The notes under the pieces are model-generated. The model did not search any database, had not been told where the DNA came from, and saw nothing but the letters and a program-made list of their open reading frames with translations. Position numbers and translations under genes: made by a program. A stretch of DNA of 64,000 bases, taken from Thermodesulfobacteriota bacterium (lineage in GTDB: Bacteria; Desulfobacterota; Desulfobulbia; Desulfobulbales; SURF-16). Below are positions 9,211 to 19,376 of this stretch, piece by piece. Every line of letters begins with the position of its first letter. The first letter of the stretch is position 1. The stretch covers positions 1 to 64,000 of the forward strand of contig JBFMAY010000015.1 of NCBI GenBank assembly GCA_040755455.1, in the 5' to 3' direction.

Positions 9211-9445
9211 AAGACCACTGATCGCGCCAGGACACTGACAAGTCCGTGGAACGGGCTGGCCGGATGCCGTTTACGGTCATGGTTGCGTTGAACAAGCCAC
9301 AGGAAATGCCGGAAAACAAGTGAATACATGTGGCTTGCCCGGTTGCGATCACCCCTGTTACCTTCCCTGGTATCTGTTTTCAACATCCCCCAGTTTTTTC
9401 GCCATGGGGCAACTCAAGTCCGTCTTCTCGCAGTTTATCAAAAAT

Positions 9446-11989
9446 TCAGCCTGTATGTTGATCCTGCTCTGTCCCTGTGCTTGGCTGCGCCGTTTTACTC
9501 GCCTGATATTTCAGGTGGGCCTGCACCAGTTTGATGTCGCCGTAGGAATAGTCGTCTCCCAGGGCGATTTTTACCTCCCTGTGGGGACTGTTCTTCATTT
9601 CGACCAGTTTTTGGGCAATGGCCTGTTGTTTTACGGGCGACACCAGCCTGCCGATCTCCAGCTCGCCGGTCTCCACGAAATGGGCCAGGTGTCCTTCTAT
9701 GGTGGAGTTGACAAGGCCGCGTTCTTCGGCAATCCGGGCAATGGTTAACCCTGCTTGCAAGAGAGCGAAACTGACTTGTCTGGTATTGATTTTCTCCTCG
9801 TGTTCTTTGTCGGCTTCAACCTCTCCCATTGCCGCTTTTGGTTCGGGCAGCACCACCTCGGTAATGCCGTGTTTCCGGCGGTAAGCCGCAACCATATCCA
9901 CCAGCTCCGTGCCGTATTTTTCCAGGGTGCGGGCGCCGATGCCCTTTATTTTTTGCAGATCGGCGGTATTGTCGGGCAGATTGACCGCAATCTGGATCAG
10001 CACGCTCTGGTGCAGAATCCGGTATTGGGGCAGCCCCTCCCTGGCGGCCAGCTGCGCACGCCAAGCTTTCATGATTTGCAACAACTCAGGATGGGCCACA
10101 TCGGCGGCGGTGTAATCCTCCTGGGCGCCTTTCCTGGCCTTGTCGGGGGTAAAATCGATTTCAGCGGCAGAGAGGGCGCGTAGATAGCGTTCGGGGGAAA
10201 AACCGCCAGCGCAACTCTGAACCGCCGCCGTTTTCACGGCAATTTCCTTGTTCAGTTCGTTTTGGGCGGCTGTGACTCGTTTAGTTATTTCCTTGTTATC
10301 CGAATCCACCCGCAGGGCCCGCAGATTTTTTTCCAGAATCGTGCCGATTTTTTCCTGAAAATAACTGGATGCCTTGCCGATACGCTCCAGCACAACGCTG
10401 TCCGCTTGGGGCAGTTTGCCTTGGGCAAAGAGACGGCGCAATTCCCGTTTGAAGTTTTCGCCGACCACGCAGATCTCCCGCACCGCCATTTTCTCCACTT
10501 CGCGGATATCATGCACCCCCGTCACCGTGACCACCTGCGCGTTACCGAGCAACACTCCGAGCAGGCGGCTGAGACGAAAACGCAGCTGCTCAAAATCAAA
10601 GCAATCCAGCAGCAACCGCTGCTGGCTGGTGATTTTCTCCGCCAGCAGGCGCTGCTGCGAGGGTGGGGTGCGGCACGCCTTTGCCACAAAACCCAACACC
10701 GCAGCGTCGCATTGCACGGCATGCAACGAAAGAGGCGAGCTGAGCACCATTCCGGCAAATGTTCTGCAGCGGCTTAAGGCCACATAGACCTGGCCATGGG
10801 CAAAGGCGGCGGCCGCATCAATGATTGCCTTGTCAAAGGTGAGGCCCTGACTCTTATGGATGGTGATGGCCCACGCCGCTTTCAGCGGGTATTGCACGAA
10901 TTTGCCGATCTTGTTTTCCGTGATCTCCCTGGTTTGGCTGTCAACCGTGTACTTGATATTTTCCCAGGTAGCCGGTTCAACGATGATTTCATCCTTGTCG
11001 CCGGGGCACTTGACGAACACCGCCTTATTGACAATCCGGGTTATCCTGCCGATCTTGCCGTTAAAATAGCGTTTGTCACGCGACGAATCGTTACGCACGA
11101 ACATGACCTGGGCGCCGGCTTTCAGTTCGAGCACGGCCGAGGTCGGATAGGCGTATTCTGGAAACTCGCCTTCGACTTCGGCGTTGAAACGATGCAACTG
11201 TGCAGCCAGGGCCCGCAGCCTGGATTCGTTGATGGCGTCAACCCCGCGATTGTGGGTGCCGAGGGTGATATAGCCTTCCTCATCACCCGGAGCAAAATCA
11301 GGAATGTAACGGCTGTTGAGCTCCCGCAACGTGTCCGCATCAAGCCTGTTGTCGCGGACCCGGTTGAGCAGCTCGATGAACCGGGGATCCGACTGGCGGT
11401 AAACATGTTGCAGTTCAATGGCTATCAGCTCGGTTTGCCGCAACGCATTACTGCTGAAAAAGTAGGCCGACTCATAATAGTCGCGCAGGATCTGCCATTC
11501 GTCCTCCTTCACCACCGGAGACAGCTGGTGCAGATCGCCGATCATCAGCAGTTGCACGCCCCCGAACGGCAGATTGCTGCGGCGGTAACGCCGGAGAACC
11601 ATGTCCACGCCGTCGAGCAGATCTGCCCGCACCATGCTTATTTCGTCGATCACCAGCAGGTCGAGGCTCTTGATGATGTTGATTTTTTCCCTGTTGAACT
11701 TGTGCTGTTTGTTGTGGCCATGAACCTCGCTGCCCGGCACAAAGGGAGCAAAGGGCATCTGGAAAAATGAATGCAGGGTAACTCCACCGGCGTTGATGGC
11801 CGCAACCCCGGTCGGCGCTGTGACTATCATGCGCTTATGGCTGTTTTTTTTTAACTGGTGGAGAAAGGTGGTCTTGCCGGTCCCGGCTTTGCCGGTCAGG
11901 AAAACATTGCAGTCGGTGTGCCGGATGAAATCGTCGGCAAGCTGCAGTTCCGGGTTTGGGCTGCTCATTGATGGCTGGATTTCGGGCAT
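9446..11989 (-). CDS. PIF1/RecD-like SF1B helicase with HRDC and C-terminal HTH domains
   Basis: GKAGTGKT, APTGVAA, DEISM, GDLHQL, AITIHKSQG, GQVYVALSR; HRDC-like WRAQLAAREGLPQYRIL...IKGIG; STIEGHL. Confidence 0.9.
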   Translation of the reverse strand: MPEIQPSMSSPNPELQLADDFIRHTDCNVFLTGKAGTGKTTFLHQLKKNSHKRMIVTAPTGVAAINAGGVTLHSFFQMPFAPFVPGSEVHGHNKQHKFNREKINIIKSLDLLVIDEISMVRADLLDGVDMVLRRYRRSNLPFGGVQLLMIGDLHQLSPVVKEDEWQILRDYYESAYFFSSNALRQTELIAIELQHVYRQSDPRFIELLNRVRDNRLDADTLRELNSRYIPDFAPGDEEGYITLGTHNRGVDAINESRLRALAAQLHRFNAEVEGEFPEYAYPTSAVLELKAGAQVMFVRNDSSRDKRYFNGKIGRITRIVNKAVFVKCPGDKDEIIVEPATWENIKYTVDSQTREITENKIGKFVQYPLKAAWAITIHKSQGLTFDKAIIDAAAAFAHGQVYVALSRCRTFAGMVLSSPLSLHAVQCDAAVLGFVAKACRTPPSQQRLLAEKITSQQRLLLDCFDFEQLRFRLSRLLGVLLGNAQVVTVTGVHDIREVEKMAVREICVVGENFKRELRRLFAQGKLPQADSVVLERIGKASSYFQEKIGTILEKNLRALRVDSDNKEITKRVTAAQNELNKEIAVKTAAVQSCAGGFSPERYLRALSAAEIDFTPDKARKGAQEDYTAADVAHPELLQIMKAWRAQLAAREGLPQYRILHQSVLIQIAVNLPDNTADLQKIKGIGARTLEKYGTELVDMVAAYRRKHGITEVVLPEPKAAMGEVEADKEHEEKINTRQVSFALLQAGLTIARIAEERGLVNSTIEGHLAHFVETGELEIGRLVSPVKQQAIAQKLVEMKNSPHREVKIALGDDYSYGDIKLVQAHLKYQASKTAQPSTGTEQDQHTG

Positions 11990-12349
11990 GGGTTTATGGG
12001 TCTGTCAGAGTGATCGGTGATCTCGTTATGATCATAAGCCTCCCCCCGGGCCGGTGGTATTGCGGCGATCAGGGTGGTTTAACCGGCACTAAAGTTGCGT
12101 TAGGAATATTTCCCTGGTATGATCCTAAAAAAAAAGTCGGGTACGCTGAATTTACCTCAACTCGGCTGGCTTGCCGGCTGAGTTTGTAAATATTATTAGT
12201 AAAGAGTTATGTGCAGCATTGCATCTGCTGCCAATATAACCCTTCCGGCATTTTTTTCAAAGGTGATCAGCATTATGCAAGAAAATGTTGAACTGCTCCC
12301 GCAATCTGATGTTATGCGGGATTTGAATAATCAGGCAGGAAACAAGATA

Positions 12350-13141
12350 ATGATTTCATACATTGCAGTCTGCGGCGCATCAATGCTTACCGCGGCGCTG
12401 ACGCTGTATTCCGGATTTGGTCTCGGCACGCTGCTGATGCCGGTGTTTGCCCTGTTTTTCCCCATCGAGATGGCGGTGGCGGCAACAGCGGTGGTCCATG
12501 GCGCCAACAATATTTTCAAGATTGCCGTGGTCGGCCGGCATGCGGACCGTGCACTTGTGTTGCGTTTCGGTATTCCCGCCGTTTTCGCGGCATTTGCCGG
12601 CGCCGCATTGCTTGGTTACGTATCTGGTTTCGGACAACTGGCATCGTATCAACTGGGACACCGAACAGCAGTAGTCACACCATTGAAGCTGGTTATGGCA
12701 ACACTCATGTTCATCTTCGCCCTGTTCGAGCTGCTGCCCAGCCTGCGCCATGTCAAATTCGACCGCCGCTATCTCTTCCTGGGCGGTCTTTTGTCCGGTT
12801 TTTTCGGCGGACTTTCCGGCCATCAGGGAGCGATGCGCTCGGCTTTCCTGGTAAAGGTGGGGGTGTCCACCGAGGCTTTCGTGGGCTCCAACGCCGTCAT
12901 CGGTTTCATGGTGGACATGGCGCGGATCGCAACCTACGCCGCCATCTTTTTTCTGCCGCAAACTGCCGGTCCCATCAGCCTCAGCCAGTGGCCGCTGATT
13001 CTGGCCGGCACCGCTGCAGCCTTTACCGGGGTGCTGGTCGGCAAGCGGTTTTTGCGGAAAATTACCATGAAATCGGTTCAGACCCTCACCGGCATCCTGC
13101 TGCTCGGAATCGCCTTGGCCCTTGGCGCGGGCCTGGTGTAA
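12350..13141 (+). CDS. TauE/SafE (TSUP) sulfite-exporter-family membrane protein
   Basis: SGFGLGTLLMP and GFFGGLSGHQG repeats, about 8 hydrophobic segments; start chosen at ATG 12350. Confidence 0.85.
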   Translation: MISYIAVCGASMLTAALTLYSGFGLGTLLMPVFALFFPIEMAVAATAVVHGANNIFKIAVVGRHADRALVLRFGIPAVFAAFAGAALLGYVSGFGQLASYQLGHRTAVVTPLKLVMATLMFIFALFELLPSLRHVKFDRRYLFLGGLLSGFFGGLSGHQGAMRSAFLVKVGVSTEAFVGSNAVIGFMVDMARIATYAAIFFLPQTAGPISLSQWPLILAGTAAAFTGVLVGKRFLRKITMKSVQTLTGILLLGIALALGAGLV

Positions 13142-13297
13142 GGGGATTGCTTGGCAGAGTGAGAGTTGGGGCGATGCCTTGGTCATCCATGGGCAGAAAC
13201 CGCTAACCGCGAAGGTTTTCCCGCAGCTGGCAATGGCAGCGGCAGAGAGAGGGGACGAAATGGTTTCCTGGGGCGGGAGTGAAGATTGTTACCGAAG

Positions 13298-13327
13298 AAA
13301 AAAGGGCAGGCGGATGACCGCCTGCCC
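13298..13327 (-). terminator. Rho-independent terminator downstream of the multiheme cytochrome gene
   Basis: Perfect 10-bp stem GGGCAGGCGG/CCGCCTGCCC followed by a U6 tract on the minus strand. Confidence 0.8.
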
Positions 13328-13363
13328 CAGGGTTAAAGGATCTGTCCCCAATAACGGAACTGC

Positions 13364-16300
13364 TTACGGGAGGGTTACCGTCAAATCACCGTCTTCGCTG
13401 AAGGTGAAGTTGGTCTTGGTGTGCATTGCGTCAATGGCCTCAACGATGATGTTGTAGCTGCGGCCGCCCCGGGCGTAGGTATGGCTGATGCCGTTTGCCA
13501 GATCTACCTGCGGGTTGGTGGAAACGGTCCGTGTCCGGTCGCCCCAGTAGATGTAGGCGCGAACCACGCTTGCATCCAGCGTCGGCGCGGTCAAGGTAAC
13601 CACCTTGCCGTTGACTGCGGTGGCAAAATCAATGGCAGCCGCTTCCGGCTCAACGATCTGGGCCGTGGCGGTAACGGAGTCTGCCCTGGTCTCGCCGCTT
13701 GGGTCGGTTACCCGCACCACGCCGGTGTAATCGCCTGGTGCCGGGTATCTGACAATGTAAGTGCTGCCTGCGGGATAGGCGGGGTTTTCACCGAGGAATG
13801 TGCCGCCGGGGACATCCCAGGCAAAGGTGCATGGCCCGTTGTCGCAGGTGGAGCGGCTGGCATTGTACTCGACCACGAGGTCAGTATCCGCGCTGGCAAG
13901 GGCGCTGAGCTGCACGGCAACATCAACCTCTTCCGCCAGCTCCCAGCTGTTCTCGGTTGAGAAGCCCCAGCTGCCGTGGCAGGTATTGGTCGAACAGGAG
14001 CCGGGGTTGCCCAGCGGGTCCGGGGTGTAGGTGAAGGTCGCCGGATTGCCGTTTTTGTCAAGCACGCCGCTGATAGCCGACACGGAGGCAAAGTCGATGG
14101 ACCCGCTGCCGTTGTCATGGCAGTTCAGGCAGTTGCCGTAACCTGCTGCCACATGGCGATTATGCAGGGAATTGACCCTCGTGTTCAGATAATCCACGTA
14201 CTCGGCCCGGCTGGCCTTGGGGCCGTCCTGGGTGGTGATGATGGTGCCGTCATAGCTTGAGTTGGCTGGGGTGAAATCCGTCTCCCACAGGGCCTCGGAG
14301 CGGTCGATGGGCCGCATGGAGGTGTTGGCGGCGTTCCTGACCGACAGGGCGATGGTGCGGGCATTGCCCTGGGCCGCCTTGGCGTACAGTGACGGATGGA
14401 AATCGGTCATCTGCCAGTCAGCCGGGAGGTTGCCGAATGTACCGTCGGCATTGTAGTCATCCATGTTGACCTTGGTGAGCGGCACGGCATCTGATGCCGC
14501 GAAATTAATGGTCAGATCGCGGCCCTTCAGCTCGTAAGCGCCGTTGTAAAAGCCTTTGTCCGGGCCGTGGCAGTCGGTACAGCCGCCGGCGCCCCAGGCG
14601 TTTCTGGCGGGGTTGACGTTGTGGTTGACCTTGAACATGACGCCCATGAAGCTGAGTTTGAGCTTGTCCTGGGCGCCGGTGCCGTTGGGATCGAGGTTGA
14701 TGCCCACGGTGGGTAGGTAAGCCTTCAGCGCCGCGCGCTGGGCATTGACTTCAGTTGCGTCGACAATGCCGTCCGCGGTGAGGGGACCAAGACCAGCCAG
14801 GGCCATGGCGTCACGGATATGGGACGGGTTGACCGCATCCATGCCGCCGGTCTGGCCGTCGGCATTGATATCCACAAAGCCCGCGGCGCCGCCGTTGATG
14901 AAATCCTCGTCCTTGTCGCGCCAGAACATGGTGGTCAGGGCGTTGGTGCGGATCAGCTTGTTGCCCTGCCAGGCCAGGGCCAGATTGTTCTCCATGGTGC
15001 GTTCGACATAGAGGTTCTCGTGATCGGTGAGGCGGCCGTCCGCGTCAGTGCCGGTGCCGTCAACCATGGCGCCGCCGGTGCCCCACTCGTACAGGCTTTC
15101 CGCGCCGTCCTGGCCGTGCCCGAGTTTGCGGACATGGCAGCCGGAGCAGTCGATGATGTCAATGTGGCTGGCATTGGCCACCCCGTTGCGGCCGGTCTGC
15201 AGGATGGTGGAGGTGAGGCCGAGGGCCGCGTGCCGGGCGGTCGGGTCAACCGCGCCGTAATTGTTGGTAACCGGCGCGCCGCTGTGGCATCCGGCGCAAC
15301 CCTTGGCCGCTACGTTGTCATTGTTGTTCCACAGAGAGCTGTAGGGCGCATTGCCCTTGGCCGGGTCGTGGCCGAGGGCCGTGTTGGCCTGGCCGGTCCA
15401 GTTGGCCGGGGCCGGATGGGTGGAGGTGGAAATCATATCAGCCCCGTCGGTCCGTTCATGGCAGCCCAGGCAGCCGATGGCGCCGTGCACGTCAGCTTCG
15501 TAGGGCACGTTCCAGCTGTCGCCCCGTTTCTTCCAGTCAACGGCGTGCATGTCAGCGTGGCAGGAGGCGCAGTTGTCGCTCACCGTGGGCAGGATGCGGT
15601 CCCTGACCATGCTGGTCATCCTGATGGTCCAGCCCCTGGAGGATGAGTAATAGGGTTCGATGGAATCCGGAAAGTAATTGACGGTGGTGCCGCTGACCGC
15701 CTCGCCGATGCCCGCGCCGACGACCCTGGAGGCGTCGAATTTACCGCTGCGGATGGCGTCTTTCCTGGCCTCCCAGGAGTAGCCCTCCAGGTGGCACATC
15801 AGGCAGTCCATCTCCAGTACGCCGGTCTGGCTGTAGTCCTGGGGCAGGACTTCGCCGAGTTCGCCGTCCTTGTCCTCGTCGAACTGGTCGATGAAGGAGT
15901 TCCAGGCATTGATGCCGGTCAGGGTTGCCGTGCGCAGTTCCTGGCGGGGAGTGGTGGCGAGATTGGTGCCGGGGGCAACGGGCAGGTACTCCATGGCGCC
16001 GCCGCCGACATGGCATTCGCCGCAGTCGCGCATCTGGCCGGCCACGGACAGATCCACCTGTTTCTTAAAGGCGGCTTCGGTGCCGAAATCAAGAGGAGCG
16101 GTGAAGTTGACCGGGGCCTGGGTGCGGGGTTTGACGGCCGCGGTCGCCTTGATGTAAGTGGCGACGCCGTTGGCGTCAAGTCTGTTGTTGGAGGAATCGA
16201 CGAGGATGTCGGTGCCGGCGGTGTAGACGCTGTCATTATCCACATCCTCGTAATATTGTCCTTTCAGGGCCGCGTTGAACCCTGTCATGTCATTGGGGAA

Positions 16301-16729
16301 CAGTTTCGCCAACTGGCGAGAGGAAGGGGGTCACCATTTGCCGACGTGGCCGGGTGACTGCACCCAGGGTTTGCCCTGGGTGGCCTCGGAGTTCCAGTTG
16401 CCCATGGCCCAGGCGTTCCAGCCGAGAATCTGGTTGGCGCCGAGCTGGGCATGGTAGGAATGCCGCTCGATGGCTTTGTAATCGTGGCAGGCGCCGCAGC
16501 TTTTATTGCTGCTGTATGCCGGCAACGGGCCGGCGGGAAGTTCATAGGTGTCATCCGCGTTGCCGGGGGTCCCGTCTGCGCCGGCATCGACGAACACCGG
16601 TCTCACGTATTGATCGTTGGCGTCTTTGATATAGACCGACGGGTGTGACCAGGCCTGGCTGCCGCCCATCACCACGGCCGCGGCTGTTATGGCGCTGATC
16701 ACGAGTCCGCTTTTATAACTCTTTTTCAT
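13364..16729 (-). CDS. Predicted selenocysteine-containing secreted multiheme cytochrome c (1121 aa, Sec133; 9 CXXCH + 1 CX4CH; C-terminal PKD-like domains)
   Basis: ORF 16331-16729 (signal peptide, CGACH) ends GKW-TGA and continues in frame as PPSSRQL into ORF 13364-16312, which has no RBS or signal peptide of its own; SECIS-like hairpin 11 nt after the TGA. Confidence 0.85.
16306..16319 (-). promoter_or_regulatory. Putative bacterial SECIS element
   Basis: mRNA UGA-CCCCCUUCCUC-UCGCC-AGUU-GGCGA: 11-nt spacer, 5-bp stem, apical loop containing GU, loop starting 16 nt after the UGA. Confidence 0.7.
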
Positions 16730-16892
16730 TTTCCACTCCTTAGCCGACGGTTGTCAGCTTCTTCATTGTTTCTTTTTGGCCGGCCGTTCAACCCGGCTTG
16801 GGGGAGCCGCTGATCTCACGTGAACGGCCGGCAAAAAATTCATGCCTGTAACACGCTGTATGAAAAGTTGGGGAACTTTGCCAAGGGGGTTG

Positions 16893-16908
16893 AGCAAACT
16901 GTGTGCCC
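16893..16908 (-). promoter_or_regulatory. Sigma-54 promoter of the seleno-cytochrome gene
   Basis: Minus strand GGGCACACAGTTTGCT (GG-N10-GC); IHF-like GATCAACGAGTTA at 16972-16984; palindromic enhancer-like sites at 17055-17119. Confidence 0.7.
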
Positions 16909-17054
16909 GGCGGGGAAAGCCGTGGGTATTTTTACCCTAAAAAAGGGAGAAGGGCTGAAATAGGATTTGCAGATCAACGAGTTAAATAAAGGGATTTTTT
17001 TTATTGAGCCTCAGGAGGGATACGCTGTGGTACCGCTTGGAGCGCTGGTGAGGT

Positions 17055-17119
17055 GGGTGTTATGCCCCATACTTATTAGGGCATAATACCCAATGGTGTT
17101 TTTTTAGGGTGTCCTGCCC
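17055..17119. promoter_or_regulatory. Three GGG-N7-CCC palindromic boxes, probable enhancer-binding-protein sites
   Basis: GGGTGTTATGCCC (17055), GGGCATAATACCC (17079), GGGTGTCCTGCCC (17107), about 150-210 bp upstream of the sigma-54 site. Confidence 0.5.
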
Positions 17120-17400
17120 AATTGTTTGCCTGGAGGGAGGCTTGAAATTGCATGCCGGCCAGAAGAAAACAATGGCTGCGGCATGTCCATGATCACTGCC
17201 GCCGGGAAAAGGGCAAAAACTGCGGGTTGAAAGACGTGGGGATATTTTCTTTGCATTTATTTCAGCTCATTTTGAAAAAACTGGATGAAATAAAATGAGC
17301 TTGCGTATAGGTTAGACGGAAACTATCTAAGTTGCCAGGTTTGTTTTTTGTGAAACCCGGACCGGCAACTTGTTCATTCATTTTACAGAGGGGACAATTC

Positions 17401-18405
17401 ATGAAGATTTCTCTTAATAATGTGTGCAGAATTGCATTTGTTTTTCTTTGCCTGTGCATCGCCTCAACGGCAATGGCGGCAGAAGAGAAAAAGGAAGGGG
17501 GTGTAGTCGCCCAGGTCAATGGCCAACCGATTACCAGCAGGGATTTCGATACAGCAATGAAGGCGGCCAAACAGCAGTTTGCCGGCCTCGGCTGGCAGGA
17601 GGGTGACCAGGAGCAGCTCAAGCAAATGCAGACCCTCACCCTTGACCGGCTCATTGATTTTGAGCTGCTTTACCAGGCCAGCCAGAAGGAGAAAGTCAAC
17701 GTTGATGACAATGCCATTAAAGAGAAGATGTCCGCCTTTAAAAAACAGTTTCCCTCTGATGCGGAATTTCAGAGTTTCCTGACCACCAATGAGTTGACCG
17801 AGGAAGTCATGCAGACCCAGCTGCGCCGTAAAATGGCCATTGAGGGTCTGCAGGAGAAGCTGTATGACCAGTTTGTCGGCGGGACCAAGGTAACGGATGA
17901 AGAACTTCGCCAGTTTTATGATGCCAACAAGGACAGCATCAAGCAGCCGGAAAAGGTGAGGGCAAGCCATATCCTCGTTGCGGTGGAAGCCAATGCCGAT
18001 GAAGCGGCAAAAAAAGCGGCAATGGAAAAAATCAAAGGCATTCAGAAAAAATTAAAGGATGGCGGGGACTTTGCCAAACTGGCCCAGGAGAGTTCCGATT
18101 GCCCCAGCAAGGCCAACGGCGGCGACCTGGATTTCTTTGTTAGACAGCAGATGGTTAAACCCTTTGCCGATGTGGCCTTCAGTACCCCGGTCGGCCAGAC
18201 CAGCGATATCGTAACCACCGAGTTCGGTTATCACCTGATTAAGGTAACGGACAAACAGCCGGAAAAGATGCTGAACTTTGATGAGGTGAAGGAGAAAATC
18301 AGCACATACCTGAGCCAGCAGAAAATCGACAGCCAATTTGAGGTATATATGAAAGGACTGCGTGATCAGGCGGATATCAAACGGATGCTGCCGGCAAACT
18401 CATAA
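17401..18405 (+). CDS. Periplasmic PpiC/parvulin-type peptidyl-prolyl isomerase (SurA/PrsA-like)
   Basis: Signal peptide; VAQVNG; VRASHIL, FAKLAQESSDCPS, GGDL, MVKPF, FGYHLIKV. Confidence 0.92.
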   Translation: MKISLNNVCRIAFVFLCLCIASTAMAAEEKKEGGVVAQVNGQPITSRDFDTAMKAAKQQFAGLGWQEGDQEQLKQMQTLTLDRLIDFELLYQASQKEKVNVDDNAIKEKMSAFKKQFPSDAEFQSFLTTNELTEEVMQTQLRRKMAIEGLQEKLYDQFVGGTKVTDEELRQFYDANKDSIKQPEKVRASHILVAVEANADEAAKKAAMEKIKGIQKKLKDGGDFAKLAQESSDCPSKANGGDLDFFVRQQMVKPFADVAFSTPVGQTSDIVTTEFGYHLIKVTDKQPEKMLNFDEVKEKISTYLSQQKIDSQFEVYMKGLRDQADIKRMLPANS

Positions 18406-18610
18406 GGTCCGGCTTTTTTTCTCAGGAAAGGTCATTTCCAGTCAGGAACCGGCGCGTCAGGCGGATGCCCGCGCGTTACGCCTTTGTCGCAACCGGTTCC
18501 TCCGTTCTTGCTGCACCGCGCACCTGCGGGCCTGGCTGTCTCTCCCAGGCCCGCAACCTCTGCAGCCCGTCGCAGGATTTTCAATAAAACAGCAGTAAGG
18601 AAGTTGTCAG

Positions 18611-19288
18611 ATGAAAAAAATCAGAGTCATGCTTGTTGATGATCATGATGTTGTTCGCTCCGGCTTAAAATCGTTGTTGGGCATGGACCCGCAGATTGAA
18701 ATCGTCGGCGAGGCGGCAAACGGCGTCGAGGCCCTGGCCAGAATACCGGAATTTGCCCCTGAGGTGGTGGTGATGGATATTTCCATGCCGGCCATGGACG
18801 GCCTGGAGGCGACCAGAAGGATCAGCGCCGGATTTCCCGATTGTCTTGTCCTCGCTCTCACCGTGCACGCGGACAAGCAGTATTTTTTCGAGATGCTCGC
18901 CGCCGGGGCCAAGGGATATATCACCAAGCAGGCGGCCGCCGAGGAGCTGGTTTCCGCCATCAAGGCGGTGGCGTCGGGCAATGTTTATCTGCAGCCGGCC
19001 CTGGCCCGCTGGCTGCTGGAGGATTATCAGCGGATCAACAGGAGCGGGATCGGCAATGGCGAGCAGAACCTGACCTCCGCTGACCTGGCCACCCTCAGTA
19101 AGCGGGAACAGGAGATTCTGGAACTGGTGGCTGAAGGACTCACCACCCCGGAAATAGGCCGGAAACTTGATCTCAGCCCGAAGACCGTTTCCCGGCACCG
19201 GGAGCGCATCATGAACAAACTGAACATGCACTCGGCCACCGAACTGGTCAAGTTTGCCATCCGGACCGGGCTGATAGATGTTCGCTGA
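18611..19288 (+). CDS. NarL/LuxR-family response regulator
   Basis: VDDHDVVR, MDISMP, GYITK; HTH LSKREQEILELVAEG...KTVSRHR. Confidence 0.93.
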   Translation: MKKIRVMLVDDHDVVRSGLKSLLGMDPQIEIVGEAANGVEALARIPEFAPEVVVMDISMPAMDGLEATRRISAGFPDCLVLALTVHADKQYFFEMLAAGAKGYITKQAAAEELVSAIKAVASGNVYLQPALARWLLEDYQRINRSGIGNGEQNLTSADLATLSKREQEILELVAEGLTTPEIGRKLDLSPKTVSRHRERIMNKLNMHSATELVKFAIRTGLIDVR

Positions 19289-19376
19289 GCGGAAAAACAA
19301 GCGGCGGCAATGCCGCGGGGCAGGTCACGGCAATGGGCGTTTATCCATTCCTGCCGGATCATAAACAGGAGGACGT

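Noticed and set aside
13190..13250. c-di-GMP-I riboswitch-like sequence
   Set aside because: Only a loose resemblance; it lacks the full consensus and lies between convergent gene ends
16331..16729. Stand-alone 132-aa monoheme cytochrome plus a separate 982-aa cytochrome
   Set aside because: In-frame continuity, no RBS or signal peptide for the second ORF, and a SECIS-like hairpin favour a single read-through gene
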